Source: Paraspadella gotoi
Taxonomy: Eukaryota > Animalia > Chaetognatha
Direction of reading: 5' to 3'
Assembly: GCA_051294375.1 (NCBI GenBank)
Contig: CM119264.1
Location: 16,217,245-16,281,244, forward strand
Length of the DNA stretch: 64,000 bases
Each line of letters starts with the position of its first letter. The first letter of the stretch is position 1. The notes beneath the pieces are model-generated. The model ran no database searches, was not told where the DNA came from, and was given only the letters and a program-made list of their open reading frames with translations. Below, in pieces: positions 63,887-64,000 of this stretch. The position numbers and the translations under genes were made by a program.

Positions 63887-64000
63887 TTATTTTAATCCAT
63901 CATCGTCGTCTTCACTGTGGCCAGCGTCATTAAGCCCTTCGAGATAAGACTCGAAATCTTCGATAGCGATGCCGACAGAGAAATCGAGATCGAGCGGCCC
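63887..64000 (-). CDS. Possible terminal exon of an upstream gene (GPLDLDFSVGIAIEDFESYLEGLNDAGHSEDDDGLK*)
   Basis: GC-rich open frame running off the window edge and ending at TAA. Product unknown. Confidence 0.35.
   Translation of the reverse strand, partial: GPLDLDFSVGIAIEDFESYLEGLNDAGHSEDDDDGLK

Overview
AT-rich, repeat-dense eukaryotic (probably invertebrate animal) scaffold from a noisy long-read or gap-filled assembly, with N-gaps and several duplicated segments. Host genes: a complete spliced atlastin gene (minus strand, 62075 to about 48917, probably with a GC-AG last intron), the acidic N-terminal exons of a probable RAD54L2/ARIP4 or ATRX-type remodeller (minus strand, partly duplicated), and a fukutin/LicD-like fragment. 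The most striking content is a family of Penelope-like retroelements (PLEs) carrying minimal hammerhead ribozymes. It appears as a reduction series: a degraded RT+GIY-YIG copy (about 1.0-2.3 kb); a GIY-YIG-only copy between ~740-bp inverted pseudo-LTRs with a 41-bp tail and 12-bp TSD (29.4-31.8 kb, repeated at 40.9-43.2 kb); and ORF-less fold-back palindromes of ~650 bp and ~250 bp with a hammerhead on each strand (26.7-27.3 kb, 47.7-48.0 kb). Also present: a Ty3/gypsy fragment, tRNA-derived SINEs, MITEs, Helentron/DINE-1-like elements and minisatellites. Most of 29.4-50.1 kb is a tandem duplication, and part of one copy looks like an uncorrected raw read. All homology calls come from motif recognition by eye; no searches were run.
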